A stretch of 64,000 nt of DNA from Centroscyllium fabricii (GCA_051313645.2 JBNRSN020000006.1:93992001-94056000), one strand, 5' to 3'; positions 1-13,051 are shown, counted from the first letter of the stretch. The notes: generated from the letters alone by a model not told the origin. Numbers and translations are program-made.

Positions 1-1579
1 CAAGACGCTGACCAGCAACTGCCAGGTCTGCGCGGAGTGCAAGCCGCACTTCTACCGGCCAGACCGGGCGCACTTGATTAAGGCCACTCGCCCCTTTGAA
101 CGACTCAGCGTCGATTTCAAAGGGCCCCTTCCCTCCTCCAACAGGAATGTGTACTTCCTTAATGTGATCGATGAGTACTCCCGCTTCCCCTTCGCCATCC
201 CCTGCCCGGACATGACCTCAGCCACTGTTATCAAAGCCCTCCACAGCATCTTATCCCTGTTCGGCTATCCCAACTATATTCATAGTGACCGGGGAGCGTC
301 CTTTATGAGTGACGAGCTGCGTCAGTTTCTGCTAGCCAAAGGCATCACGACTAGCAGAACTACCAGCTACAACCCCCGGGGGAACGGGCAGGTAGAGAGG
401 GAGAACGCCACTGTCTGGAAGGCCATCCTGTTAGCCCTACGGTCTAAAAGCCTCCCAGTCTCCCGATGGCAGGACATCCTCCCTGAAGCGCTCCACTCTA
501 TCCGGTCCCTCCTGTGTACTGCCACTAATGCCACCCCTCACGAACGACTTTTTGCCTTCCCCAGGAAGTCGGCTTCCGGGACCTCGCTACCATCGTGGCT
601 GCTATCCCCGGGACCGGTCCTACTACGGAAGCACGTGAGGGGCCACAAGGCAGATCCCCTGGTCGAACGGGTCCACCTCCTGCACGCCAATCCCCAGTAC
701 GCCTACGTGGCGTACCCCGACGGGAGGGAGGACACAGTGTCCATCAAGGACCTGGCGCCAGCAGGGATCCCCAAACCCAGCCCCGCCCAGCAGACCGCGC
801 ACCCAAGACGCCCCGCCCAGCAGCCCGCGCACCCAAGACGGCCTGCCACCCCATCCAGGCCACCGCGGCCAGCCACGCCACCCCAGCCACCGGCGCCAAG
901 GTACGCTCCCCGGCACGAGGACCCTGTACCCCAGTACGTCCACCCGGCACCTGCGAGCAGCACGGCATGGCCTCCAGCATGGCTCCACAGTGCACGCCCC
1001 CTAGAGTCAGACGACGAGGGAGAGAGCGCGCCTCCTACTGTCAGTATAAGGGCACCACCACCCAGAAACCAACCGACGATCACCGCTCACCAACCTGCAT
1101 CAGCACCATCGCTACAACCGACTCGGCCGGTCACTCCGCGACCGCGGATACCACCAGCGGTGCGACGCTCGACAAGGAACACCAGGCCGCCGGAGCGACT
1201 TAATTTATGATTAAATAAATAAATAAAAGAACTTTTGCATTGACCCCGCCGGACTTTTGTTTTGAAGATGGGGTGAATGTGATAAACCACTGTTTCCCAC
1301 TGTTTCTTATTTTATATACTCACCCCGTTTGTATCTCTGTAATCGTACCTAATGCCATGTTGTACATAACCTGTTATACGATTACCGGGACATGCCCAGG
1401 CTGGCTCCGCCCGCGACTCCTCCCTCCCAGGAGGGGGTATATAAATGGCCGTCTCCCATCCCCCGGCCATACCTCTCCCATCCCCCTCTATGGTACTGCG
1501 TGTCCCACCATTTAGTTAATAAAAGCCGCATTGTTTCTCTTTCTAACTACTCGTCCACGAGGTCGTTATTTCGGTCACA
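1..1579 (+). mobile_element. Gypsy LTR retrotransposon A, 3' part (integrase, PPT, 3' LTR 1278-1579)
   Basis: ORF to 1210 has the integrase core (SVDFKGP, HSDRG, NGQVERENA). PPT gaagatggggtgaa precedes the LTR TGTGA...TCACA; TATA at ~1438 and AATAAA at 1518. Confidence 0.92.
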
Positions 1580-1699
1580 CGGGTCTTTTAAATAAGCCTG
1601 CTCCTCGTGTTTCAGTCTCTTCCTTCTCTACTGCAATGTAATAAACAAGTGTTTTTCTGTCTCTCTGGCTCCCGCGTGGTTCTTAGGCCCTGCAAGCGC

Positions 1700-2088
1700 T
1701 GCACTTTGCAGATTTCAGTAATGCTCAGTTTACAGATTTCAGTAAAGCAGTTAACAGATTTCAGTAATGCTCAGTTTACAGATTTCAGTAACACACGGTT
1801 TGCAGATCTCAGTAATGCAGTTTACTGATGTCAGTAACCCAGTTTACAGATTTCACTAATGCACTTTGCAGATTTCAGTAATGCTCAGTTTACAGATTTC
1901 AGTTATGCGCAGTATAAAGATTTCAGTAACGCATCTTACAGATTTCAGTAACGCTCAGTTTGCAAATCTCAGTAATGCACAGCCTACAGATGTCAGAAAC
2001 TCACTGTTTGCAGATTGCACTAACACAGTTTACAGATTTCAGTGATGCTTAGTTTTTCGATTTCAGTAAAGCGCAGTATACAGATTTG
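1700..2088. repeat. Minisatellite, 22-24 bp unit (tgctcagtttacagatttcagtaa), ~16 degenerate copies
   Basis: Direct tandem repetition visible in the sequence. Confidence 0.9.
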
Positions 2089-2169
2089 AGGGAAAGCTCA
2101 CTGGCTTTCCATTGTAAATACCGCGCATGTGCAGAAATTTAAAGGGACCGCACATTAAAAAAAACTGGC

Positions 2170-2913
2170 CCTGCAGAACGAAGTGCAACTTACAAGGAAC
2201 TTTGAAAAGGGCTCTCCCCTTGTCCAGTCTCTTCCCACCTACATCCATGACTCTTCCCACGCCCACCGCCACTTGAAGTTTCTAGTTTTTCTGGCCCTAA
2301 CCGACTGCTTTTCACCATGGACGTCTAATCTCTTTACACCTCCATCCCATACCAGGATAGCCTGAGGGCACTCCGCTTCTTTCTTGAACAGAAGCCCAGA
2401 CAGTCTCCATCCACTACCACCCTCCTCCATCTGGCTGAACTTGTTTTCACATTGAACAACTCCTCTGACTCCACTCACTTCCTCCAAATAAAAGGTGTTG
2501 CTATGGGAACCCATATGGTCCCTAGCTATGCCTGCCTTTTCGTGAGCTGTGTGAAACACTCTTCGTTCCAGTCCTACTCAGGTCGCGTCCCTCACCTCTT
2601 TTTCCAGTACATTGATGACTGTATCAGTGCCATTTCCTGGTCCAGCCCTGAAATGGAAAATTTAATCAACTTTGCTTCAATGTCTACCCTTCCCTCACTG
2701 ATTCTTCGTTTCCCATTCTGTCTCCAATATCCACTATAAGCCCACCGACTCCCACAGCTACCTTGACTACACTTCTTTCCACCCTGATTCCTAAAAGGAC
2801 TTTATTTCATTCTCCCAGCATCTCCATCACATCTGCTCGGACAATGCCACCTTCCATACTAGTGCTTCCGAAATGTCTTCCTTTTTCCTTAACCAAGGAT
2901 TCCCCTCTACTGT
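2170..2913 (+). mobile_element. Penelope-like element, degenerate RT segment (5' piece)
   Basis: HFLQIKGVAMGTHMVPSYACLFV and FFQYIDD motifs typical of PLE reverse transcriptase; frameshifted. Confidence 0.8.
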
Positions 2914-3340
2914 ACGATAGCAAAATACTGCAATTGCTGGAATTCCAAAATAACAGAAAATGCTGGAAAAACTCAGCAGGCCAGGCAACATCCGAGAAGA
3001 GAGAAATGGAGTCAACGTTTCGGGTCGGGACCCTTTATCAAAACTGAAGAAGCAAGGAAATGAAACAGATTAGAAGGCCAGTAGGGGGCTGGAGAACAAA
3101 AGAGAAGAGAACAAAAAAGAAAAATCAAAAGACATTTAGAGGTATTCAAGAGTTAATCTAGAGCTGTCTTCTGTTCCCTATAGCCCTATCACCATCTCAT
3201 CTCATTTTGAATACCTCTTAATGTCTTTTCTCTTTTGTTTTCTCTTCTCTTTTGTTCTCCTCCAGCCCCCTACTGGCCTTCTAATCTGTTTCATTTCCTT
3301 GCTTCTTCAGTTTTGACAAAGGGTCCCGACCCGAAACATT
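2914..3340. repeat. Palindromic insert (arms ~200 bp, spacer ~57 bp); right arm continues at 8874-8936
   Basis: 2949-3149 is the reverse complement of 3207-3340 plus 8874-8936. The whole insert is flanked by a 14-bp duplication ttcccctctactgt (2900-2913, 8937-8950). Confidence 0.85.
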
Positions 3341-3595
3341 GGCCGGAATTTTTCCAGAATGGCGGGGAATTGGCGGTGATAGGTCGGGGTAAGTTTTGGC
3401 CCCGCCCGCTAAAGTGCCTGCGTTTCCCATGTTATTTTAGCCTAAGTACCAAATTAAATCCCCGCCTATGGGAAGCCTTCTCAATCACCGATTTCCAGTC
3501 AGAAAGTCACAGAATATGACGTCAGCATTCCCCTTTCTTTTAATGAACACGGCTCGCCTCCCGCTCTCCTCAGCATTCTGCAAGCCTTCAGCAGG

Positions 3596-5562
3596 ATGGC
3601 AGAGCGTGAGGGTGCTGCATCGGGCAGCAGGAGGGGACGACCCGCCCCCAAATTTGATGACGCCTCCCTCGATGCATTAGGCGAGGGGGCAACGACCCAT
3701 AGGGAGGTTCTCTTCCCCTCCTCAGAGAGGAAGAGACCTCCCTCCCAGACCAAGGCTGCTTGGCTGCAGGTGGCTGAGGGGGTCAGCTCCTTGGGCACAA
3801 CACCCCAGTCCTGACTCCAGTGTCGGAAGATATTGCATGACCTGCACCGCACTGCGAAAGTAAGTATTCATTTCCCCTCACCCTCAATCTGATCCCCCTC
3901 ACCTCTCCTCACCAGCACTTAGCTTCACCACTCCCTTCCTCCACATCCCACTTCCCCATCACATCCAAGCAACCTTACCCATTCCCTCTCTCTATGCTCA
4001 CAATCACGGTCCTTTTCCACCATGTAGCCCTCACACTCCCTCTCACTCTTATGCTTGCAGCACATCTGGCACCACACAGGGAGAGGCTTTGGGCTTACTC
4101 CATCTTTCTCTCCCTCCAACTAACTTTGCTGGTCACTCGCTGCACCAACTCCTTCCTTCTCACTCAACCTCCACTTCTCCCTCATTGCAGGAAAAACATC
4201 CGCCAACAAGCGGCAGAGTGCCGGGACCGGAGGAGGACCGCCCACCATCCTGCAGCTGAGCACCTGGGAGGAGGCAGTCCTTGATCTCGTAGGGGAAGGG
4301 CAAGCCCTGGGAGTGGGTGATGGCGAGGCAGGCATGGAATCGCAAACTGGTGGCAGCATGGTTTCATATCTCTCTAATAGCTAACACATGAGACTGGCAC
4401 AATGAATATAAAAGCACTGCAGATGCACTTCTGCTCAGCACCTGAATGCTATCTCTATGTAACCTTGCTGACAAATCTCTAACCTCTTCCTTTACTGCCC
4501 CACAGGACCAGCCGCAGGCGGCTGGGGCAGTCCTGCTGAAGACGAGCCAGCCCCTGTACAGTCCTCAGAGGAAACTCCCACCTCTGAGGGTGCACCGTCA
4601 GCAGCACAGACACCACCCGGCACCAGCGCAGATACTAGCACCTCGGTGGGCCCCTCTGGAGATAGATCTGCATTGTCACCGGGTGATTCAGAAAGCACAA
4701 GTGAGCCTCAGCGATAGGGAGAGCATTGCAGAGTCCTAGTCGGAGGGCGCAATACTCTGCCAGCTTAGCTGAGCTGCATGTCAACCCTGTGCCTCTGGAT
4801 CCATCAGGCAGAGGACAGATGATGGGACTCCAGACAGAGATGCAGGCGTCTCTGACAGATTTTGTCTCCGAAGTAGCTGCGAGTGTCAAGCAAATGGAGG
4901 AGTCCGTCTCGAGCATGAGCAGCTCCTTTGTGGAGTCAGTGGCACATGATCGCATCACCATGGCAAGGATGGCAACGTCCATGGAAAGGATAACAACCGT
5001 GGATGAGAGGATGGCTACGGCCATCGAGTACATAAGTCGCCAGTGTTTCGAAGACATGGGGAGTGTTCAGAATAGAGTCACATTTCTTGAGGAGCGAGTG
5101 CCATCTATTGAGCACAGGAACCAGACCTTCATGGAAGTCCCGCTCAGTCGGACTTCCAGTGCAGATACGGGTCCCCATGGATCCCCTGAAGTGCAGCAAG
5201 GTGCTGTCCAGCCACATGCTGACGCTGAGGGGGAGTTGACACATGAGAGGGTGGTTGGTGGAACAGCTGCAGGAATTGGGGGCTCCTCTCCAAGCGCTCT
5301 CACGTCCACACCACTGCAGAGCCCTCGGTCAGAGACCCGCCGGAGTCCCAATCCACCTGAGATGGAAGTCTCATACCCTGCCCAGCCGCAGGGGCAGCAG
5401 ACTGGTGGCGAGCCCTCACAGGCTCGCCGCCCCAGAGGACGACCACCAAAGGTCTCCACACAGGAGCAGCAGGGAACTCAGCAGGGGGCCTCCACATCTG
5501 CTGACACCACAGGGCCAGCACCATGTAGGAGCACTCGTAAGAGAACAGTTAAGCACTGTTAG
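3596..5562 (+). pseudogene. Harbinger Myb/SANT-like DNA-binding protein, 3 exons (3596-3859, 4191-4349, 4506-5562)
   Basis: PKFDDASLDAL...AAWLQVAEGVSS...QCRK motif; GT-AG introns; stop at 3812-3814, 1-bp loss in exon 2 and a short deletion near 4715 relative to copy 2; C-terminal AT-hook RPRGRPP. Confidence 0.8.
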
Positions 5563-6904
5563 GCACAAGCGGAGTCACCTGGGTGATAGGATGTGATTTA
5601 GGGTTCCATTCCGCTGGTCACACAGCAGACCAGTCATGGTACCACCTGATGCAGTTGTCACATCTGCCATCTCGCGAATGGCCCTTCCACATTGATGCCT
5701 TATACAGGCTGCCCAACAATCGGCCAGGCCTCACAGATATGCAATGATGCAGACGCAAGCTGGCAGGAGTTACAGCAAGATGCATGAGGTTCAATAACAG
5801 ACAGTAGTCCATGGTGAAGGGTGAAGGTCCTTGAAATCGGCCTACCTGAATGCTTACGCAGACCAGCGAGCAGAACGACTCTGGAAACGATGCATGCTGC
5901 AAACGAGCACAAACCGAACTGCAGTAAACTCCTAATGGAGAACGACCAGCAGGAAACAAGCCTCATGGCTGAACGACCAAACAAACTAAACTGAACATGG
6001 ATGGAGGTGGGCAATGAACAAATGTGCCAACTGGCCAAAGTGCCCACGCATGCAACATGATGTTGCTGCAGCTAGCCCCCCACAGCATCTAACCCTCATG
6101 GAATGGCCAATGAGCCATGGTGCCAACATGCCTCACATCTCAGAACTCCACCGTGAGGAGGTGGGTGCAGGCCCACCACAAAGTTTTGTGCACCGTGTGC
6201 CACATTTCCTGGCGCATGTTGGGATGCGCAGCCCTGAAGCACCTCCAGGACAGCCTGAAGCACATCAACCCCAGCCGCATCAGCAATCTCAATAGCACTG
6301 CCATTAATGACCGATACATTATGAATGGCGGGACCATTTCACAGGCGGTTGTTGAGTTTGGAGCCGCTGCAGAAGACCCACGAATTAACTGCAAGCCCCA
6401 CAGCAGAAGACGATGGTTGCTCTGAATCTGTGGTGCAATTGAAAAGGGAGGGGCACCACGTGAGGGTGCTAGACCCTGAGGGACAATGGAAATGAACTTG
6501 CAATCTCAAAACTGGACTGGCTGAGGTTCTGCATTGCTGATAATGACTTTTTGAGCTTTGAAAGCTGCGTGTATGTAGGTGAGATGGCTGGGACAACATT
6601 AATGCAGTGATTGAGAAGTGCTGGTCCTCACTGGAACAACCATTAACGTGGCCATGGTTGTTTAATGTCGTTATTAAACTGCATGTTACAGTTGCAACCT
6701 TTATTGTTTCTGGGTTCATTATTGCATGTGATGGATGGATGGATGGGAACATGAGCATAACTGAAATGTCTGGGGCGTCAGGGGACTGGGTGCATGCACG
6801 AGCGCTGAAGGCAGTCAGAGGCAATTGGCAGCCCCACAAGCCCACCCCCCACACACAATGTTGTTGCAGTAGTGGGGCTCATGCAGGTATGAGCTATGAA
6901 ACTG

Positions 6905-7882
6905 GCTAGCAAGTCTTGCAGGACTCCACCTGATCTGTCCAAGCATCTGAAACGCATCTTGAGCAAGCCGATGGTGTGCTCTATAATGCTTCTGGTGGAG
7001 ATGTGTGTGGAGTTGTAGTTCTCCTCAGCCTCATTGGCTGGCCTCCTGACCGGCGTCAGGGGCCAGCTCCTGAGTGGATAGCCCTTATCTCCAAGTAGCC
7101 ATCCCGGAAGCTCGTCCGGCGGAATGAAGAGCGTAGGCAAGGTTGATTGGCGCAGGGCGAAGGAGTCATGGCAGCTGCCAGGGTACCTGGCACACACATG
7201 CAAAATCTCCTTGTTGTGGTCACACACCAGTTGAACATTGACCGAATGGAAGCCCTTGCGGTTGACAAAAGCAACTGGGTTGTCGGTGGGTGCCCTAAGG
7301 GCCACATGTGTGCTGTCAATGATGCCCTGCACCCTTGGGAAGTCAGCCAGACGAGCTATTACAGTTGCTCGGGCCCTCACACTTGCGCGATCCGTGGTGA
7401 AATGGATGAAATTGTGGGCAAGGGCAAAGAGGGCATCGGTTACCTGGGTGATGCAGGAGTGTGCACCTGACTGGGAGATTCCGCTGATGATCCCTGAAAT
7501 GAGCAAGAGGCAAAGAAGTTGAGTGCAGTGGTGACTTTGAGGGCCACTGGTAAGGCATGTCTACCTGGCGCAGATGTCTCGGACTGCCGCTCGGGAGAGT
7601 TGGAGCCGTCTTTGGCAACGCTGCTCACTCATATTGAGGTAGGTGGCTCTGACTCTGTAGACCCTGTTTGGGGGGGTATCTTCTATGGCGACGGCCTTCG
7701 ATGCGCGAATGCCTTCTGGGCCGTCCTGCCTCCGGAGGGTCCGCAGGAGCGTCAGGCTCCTGGTGTGGCTGCCGCTGGTGAGGTGGCTCCTGGTGTGGCT
7801 GCTGCTGTAGCTGCTGCAGCCGCAACTGCTCCTGCTGGAGATCCTGTAATCCCAAGAAGGGAAGGAAGAAAATGGCTCCCAT
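6905..7882 (-). pseudogene. Harbinger (HARBI1-like) DDE transposase, frameshifted and C-terminally deleted
   Basis: [32 protein letters not shown] and [19 protein letters not shown] motifs. Confidence 0.9.
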
Positions 7883-7972
7883 GGCTGTGCTGCCAGCCGT
7901 GGATGAGGAAGCACTGACTGAGTGGGGGGAAGTGAGAAGGCTTTCCCAGATCACACTACAGAAGTGTTTAAG

Positions 7973-8450
7973 GCTGATTCCTGGAATGGCAGGAATGACC
8001 TACGAGGAGAGATTATGTAGTCTGGGCTTGTACTCGTTGGAGTTTAGAAGATTGAGAGGCGATCTCATTGAGACGTATAAAATTCTGAAAGGTCTGGACA
8101 GGTTAGATTCAGAGAGAATGTTTCCAATGGCAGGGGAGTCCAGAACCAGGGGCCACGGTCTAAGAATAAGGGGTAAGCCATTTAGGACAGACATGAGGAA
8201 GAATTTCTTCACTCAGAGAGTGGTGGGCCTATGGAATTCCTTGCCACAGAGGGCGGTGGAGGCCAGTTCATTAAACATATTCAAGAGGGAATTAGATATA
8301 TTTCTTCAAGCTAAAGGGATTAAAGGTTATGGAGAAAAGGCGGGGACGGGGTACAAGCTTACTAAAGATCAGCCATGATCTCATTGAATGGCGGAGCAGG
8401 CTCGAAGGGCTGAATGGCCTACTCCTGCTCCTATCTTCTATGATTCTATG
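7973..8450 (+). mobile_element. 5'-truncated CR1 LINE inserted in Harbinger copy 1
   Basis: YEERL..LGLYSLEFRRLRGDLIETYKI..FFTQRVVGLWNSLP; (TTCTATGA)n tail; absent from copy 2. Confidence 0.92.
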
Positions 8451-8936
8451 ATGCAACCTTCCACAGGTGTGCTGAAGCCTGTTGCAAGTATCCCCAAAAC
8501 TGAGACAACAATGTGGTTGCGAATGCCAATAATGGCTGATTAAATGTGAGCCTTCAATGAGGGACCGGCCACAGATACTCAGCAATCCGAGTGAGTTCCC
8601 ACAAGGGTTTCACCTGACGGGGTTTAGGGTGGCGGGGTTTGTGCGCGAAACAGCTGAAAATGGCTAAATGCCCTTAAAATGGCATTAAAGATGGCAATTA
8701 AGGGCCCTTAATGACCTTCACAGGCATCCCCGGCGGACAAGATTCGGGGCAAGGAAAAAGTCCGCCCAAAAATTCAAAACCAGCGGGGAATGGGCGGGAA
8801 CCAACATTTTGCGATTTTCACCTCACGGCCATCCAAAACTCCGCCTGACGGGGACATCAAAACTCCCCCCATTGACTCCATTTCTCTCTTCACAGATGTT
8901 GCCAGCCTGCTGAGGTTTTCCAGCATTTTCTGTTAT

Positions 8937-9495
8937 TTCCCCTCTACTGTGGCTGATATGCCCTCAACCATGTCTGTTCCATTTCCTGCACATCTGCTCT
9001 CACCCCTTCTCCTCCCTCCTAGAACCACTTATGGGGGGTATGTTTTCCTCACCTTCCACGCCACCAGCCTCCACATTCAATGGATCATCCTCCACCATAA
9101 TCCCACCACCAAACACATCTTCCCCACCCCTCACGTTTCAGCATTCTAAAAGGGACCATTCCCACTGAGACACCAGGCTCCGCTCCTCAATCACCCCCAA
9201 CACCCCCTTCCCATGCAAGTGCAGGAGATGCCCTTTCACCTGCTCCATCCCCACTGTCCAGGGCCCCAAAGTTTTTCCAGGTGAAACTGCAATTTACTTG
9301 CACTTTCAATTTGGTATGCTGTGGTCTCTTCTACACTGGGGAGACCAAATGCAGATTGGGTGACAGCTTTGCGGAACACCTCCGTTTCGTCCACAAGCGT
9401 GACCCTGAGCTGCTGGTTGCCTGTCACTTTAATTCTCCACCCCACTTTGACCTCCGCCTCATACACGGTTCCAACAATGCTCAATATAAAGGTCA
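8937..9495 (+). mobile_element. Penelope-like element, 3' piece with GIY-YIG endonuclease
   Basis: GLFYTGETKCRLGDSFAEHLRFV...VACHFNSPPH; continues the RT piece across the 14-bp duplication. Confidence 0.8.
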
Positions 9496-9654
9496 GAAAT
9501 GGGGATGTTCGCTTTTGACTGCAGTGTTCAGCGCCATTCGCAACTCCACAGATAATGAAGCAGTCCATGCCCACATGCAACAAGACCTGGACAACATTTA
9601 TGCTTGGGCTATTAAGTGGCAGGTAACATTCGCGCCACAGAAGTGTCAAGCAAT

Positions 9655-9980
9655 GGCATAGTGGTTAGCACTGTTGTCTCATAGCGCTAGGGGCTCGGAT
9701 TCAAATCCGGCCTCGGGTGACTATCTGTGTGGAGTTTGCACATTCTCCCCGTGTCTGTGTGGGTTTCCTCCGGTTGCCTCCCACAGTCCAAAGATGTGCG
9801 GGTTAGTTTGATTGGCCATGATAAATTGACCCTTAGCGTTAGGGGGATTAAATATGTGGGGTTACGGGGATAGGTTGGGAATATGTGGGGTTACGGAGAT
9901 AGGGTGGGATATGTGTCGGTGCAGGCTCGATGGGCCGAAATGGCCTCTATCTGCACTGTAGGGATTCTATGATTCTATGA
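9655..9980 (+). mobile_element. tRNA-derived V-SINE (HE1-like)
   Basis: A/B boxes (agtggttagc...ggattcaaatcc), V-domain gtgtggagtttgcacattctccccgtgtc, CR1-type (TTCTATGA)n tail. Confidence 0.85.
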
Positions 9981-11079
9981 ATAGAACTCAAAATCTGAAA
10001 ATGATGGTTGGAGAACTGGCCACCATGAGAAACCTTAAATTCTTAACCAGGCAAACGGACCCAAGAGGATCCCTAAAGATGTCATCTGGCACCCATGTCC
10101 AGAATCCATTCTACTGCAGTAACTTTGGTGTGTTAACCATTGCTCTACCTGAACAGAGTGTTTGAACTGCAGCTACACAAACTTACTTATCAATGTACTT
10201 TTGTGTTTTAGTGATCAGCACAGGACTGCACTTAAGGTGTACTTGTACTGTATGAACAGTTGACTTGTATTCTACAGTTGGTTATATAGGTCACCATTCT
10301 ATTTGCTTTGTTGTTTAATGCTCTGCTTTGATTGGACATGTTGAAGGTCTAGTAAAACCCTCATTTAACTGTTGCAACAGCATTCATGGAGTACTTGTAT
10401 CACACATTTTCCCCTCCCATGTGCAGTACCTCACACTTGCCCACATTATATTTCATCTGCCACTGCTCTGTCCATTTATATATTTTGCTCAATTCATTTT
10501 CTAATTCCCAGGCTGTCTCATCAGATTATTCTATTTATTCTAGTTTGGTATTGTCTGCAAATTTGATGAGTTTTCACTGAGCTTCTAATTCCAAGTTGTT
10601 AATGTAACTTGAGTCCTGGGGCACCCCATTCAGCACTTCTCCGCTCCATCACTTAATGTACATGCCTCTTCCTATCCTAACTTTTTACCCAGGAGCCCTG
10701 GGTAAACGTAATGTAGCAATCTTGCATATGGAACTTTGTGAAAAGTTTTTTGGGGAAATCTGCACCACAACCAGTTGAGAGTACAGGGAAGTTGGTTAGG
10801 CATGATCCTCCCCCTTCACAATCCATGCTGTTTACTAGGTTACCATACAAGTAATCCTAGAATTTGCTCCTGACAATGGATTTGATTTTACCTGGAAACG
10901 GTTAGCTGTTGTTGCTTGTATCTGTTTTGTTTATCTCAGGATTTCAAGAATGACTGTTAATGTAGCCTTCTAAAGTCTCAAACTGATCTCTTGCAGCATC
11001 TTGATATAAACCCCATTAAGTTGCTAAATTATTTCACGAGGTTTCTGATGCTGAATAATGTAAACAAAGACTAAAGTGA

Positions 11080-12916
11080 AGAACACACAGGACATCTTTA
11101 TTCGTTTTTACCGAATGAATTGAAAAACTTTGACATTGATGTATTTTTTAAAGTGAAAAATTGCACTAGAGTCCTCCAAGGATTAAGGCTAAAACAATGT
11201 TTTTCTCCAAGTACGAACACTGAAACTTGAATCATAGTTGTTGCATCTTATAATGCAGCACTGCTAAATGTAAGTGGCATAGTAGCTTAATATTGCTCAT
11301 TCATAAATATCTGTTGACTTAAGGAGTAACTGTTAAATAGATATTGCAACCAGGTTATGAAGTGTAGTGATGGATGTTAATTTAGGCATCACTGCAGTAA
11401 TAGGTTGAGATGATGCTTTTTCTGTGCATAAACAATCGCAAGAACACTTAATTATTGCTGTTTCAAAAACTGAAATAAACTGAAGTACTGGGAAGTATTA
11501 CAGTGCAAGAATGGTATAGCTATTCGTTACACAATTCACCAAACGGTATAGCTCATCAGATGTCCCAAATAAAATGAACCTTTTGTCTACAAATGCAACA
11601 TATTTTCACTTATAAAATAACCCAGTAAGCCCTTTTGTTTAAAACTACATAATAAATCAAGTTCTTTGAGGTCCATTGCACAAATTAAAACACAATAATA
11701 AAAGGCAACAAAGCAGGCTGCATACATTTACATTAAAGATGCACATGTAGTATTCTACTATTATAGTATTTCAGGGAAACAATTCTCATCAATGGAGATC
11801 ACATTTTCCTTAAAAAGTACTTTTGTGACTAATTTCATTATCTTTCAATGACTATATGAGCATGATGCAAGTAATTTCTGTTGACTTGTGTCCCTTCCAG
11901 TACAATGCCCCCTCATTAGTGTTCATTTAGTGTTCTGACTTTTTGTACATGATAGGAATCAGTAATTTATGTATCACAATCAATTTTTCAGAAAGACAAA
12001 CAAATCACAATAGTGTTTTGACCACAATTAAGTTAAATAGTTGGGCACTTACATATTAAGACAAACTGTATATTTTCTCAACTGTAGTTAACTACAGGTA
12101 TAATCATAGATTAACTTAAGTCTTTGTTCTGTTTCTTTTTTTTAGAAACATTCAAATTCTAAACAGCAAATCAAAATGACAAGAATGTTACTTCCTACTA
12201 TGATAAAAATATTATATAAAAAATAATTTTAAACCTTGGGTACAACAATAAAGTCAAAGCATACAATCTGAGCGAACATTAGATTTAAACAGATACACAT
12301 ACTACTGTGGAAAGTACTTCTTAGTTAATTTGTTTAACTTAACTTTAAACAAGTTAACTGTAGCTCCTAAATGCCAAAGCACCACCATTACTAGTTCGTG
12401 AATATGTCCTCCTTTCACATAAAAGATTAAGGACCACTCATATTCAAATCCAATAACCATTAGATGGTTCAAGTACCTCCCGTAACAAACCAACGAAGTT
12501 TTCCCGATTCAGATTGAAAACCTGCATGCTCTTTACAGACTGACGATAAATACACAGCTCAGGGCTAGTGCAGCCGACTTGATAATTGGACATCAATGCA
12601 AAAAAAAACTTGAGAAATTACTTAGTGCAGAACTTGCCCTTCCAAATATAACTCAAATTAGTGAGCAGCCGGTCATGAAACAACTGCCTGATTTAATTTG
12701 TATCAAGAGGAACGGCCATGGTTGAGTGATTGGTCTGGTTAAAGACAATGATCCATCTGCCACTTCAAACCATGGCGTCCTTGCTGCCACTTCTCGACTC
12801 TGTCCATGCGTTAACTGTAAAAACAGAATAATGGGCAGTTTGAGATCTGTGTTTCATCCTATCCAGATCTTGTTGTAATTGTTGAGAAGTGGTAAAAATC
12901 TGTGCTCATTTTTCGC
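11080..12916 (-). other. Probable ~1.8-kb 3' UTR of the receptor gene with a candidate poly(A) signal
   Basis: AT-rich tract with no recognisable repeats directly after the stop codon; AATAAA on the minus strand at 11102-11097. The true 3' end is inferred. Confidence 0.5.
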
Positions 12917-13051
12917 TCAGCACTCCAGTTTTACTTTCTCTAATGAGTTGCTTATTTTCCCTAAAGTCTTTTTGATGCGTAATGCAGTGAGCCGTGCAGA
13001 GGGATTTTGGTACCAACACTCCTTCATCAGCTTGGCGAGAGCAGACAGGGT
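12917..13051 (-). CDS. ACVR1L: ACVR1-family terminal coding exon
   Basis: [44 protein letters not shown]; tttcag acceptor; TGA at 12919-12917. Confidence 0.96.
   Translation of the reverse strand, partial: TLSALAKLMKECWYQNPSARLTALRIKKTLGKISNSLEKVKLEC

Larger units (their letters stand above)
3341..8870. mobile_element. PIF/Harbinger DNA transposon copy 1 (defective)
   Basis: Imperfect TIRs GGCCGGAATTTT / AAAACTCCCCCC; 3-bp TSD ATT; convergent Myb/SANT gene (+) and HARBI1-like transposase (-); colinear with 43006-48496. Confidence 0.93.

Noticed and set aside
1700-2088. Regular ~24-bp repeats resembling a CRISPR array
   Set aside because: Units are head-to-tail with no unique spacers, there are no cas genes, and the context is vertebrate.
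9655-9730. tRNA gene
   Set aside because: The A/B boxes run straight into a V-domain and LINE-like tail, so it is a SINE head.
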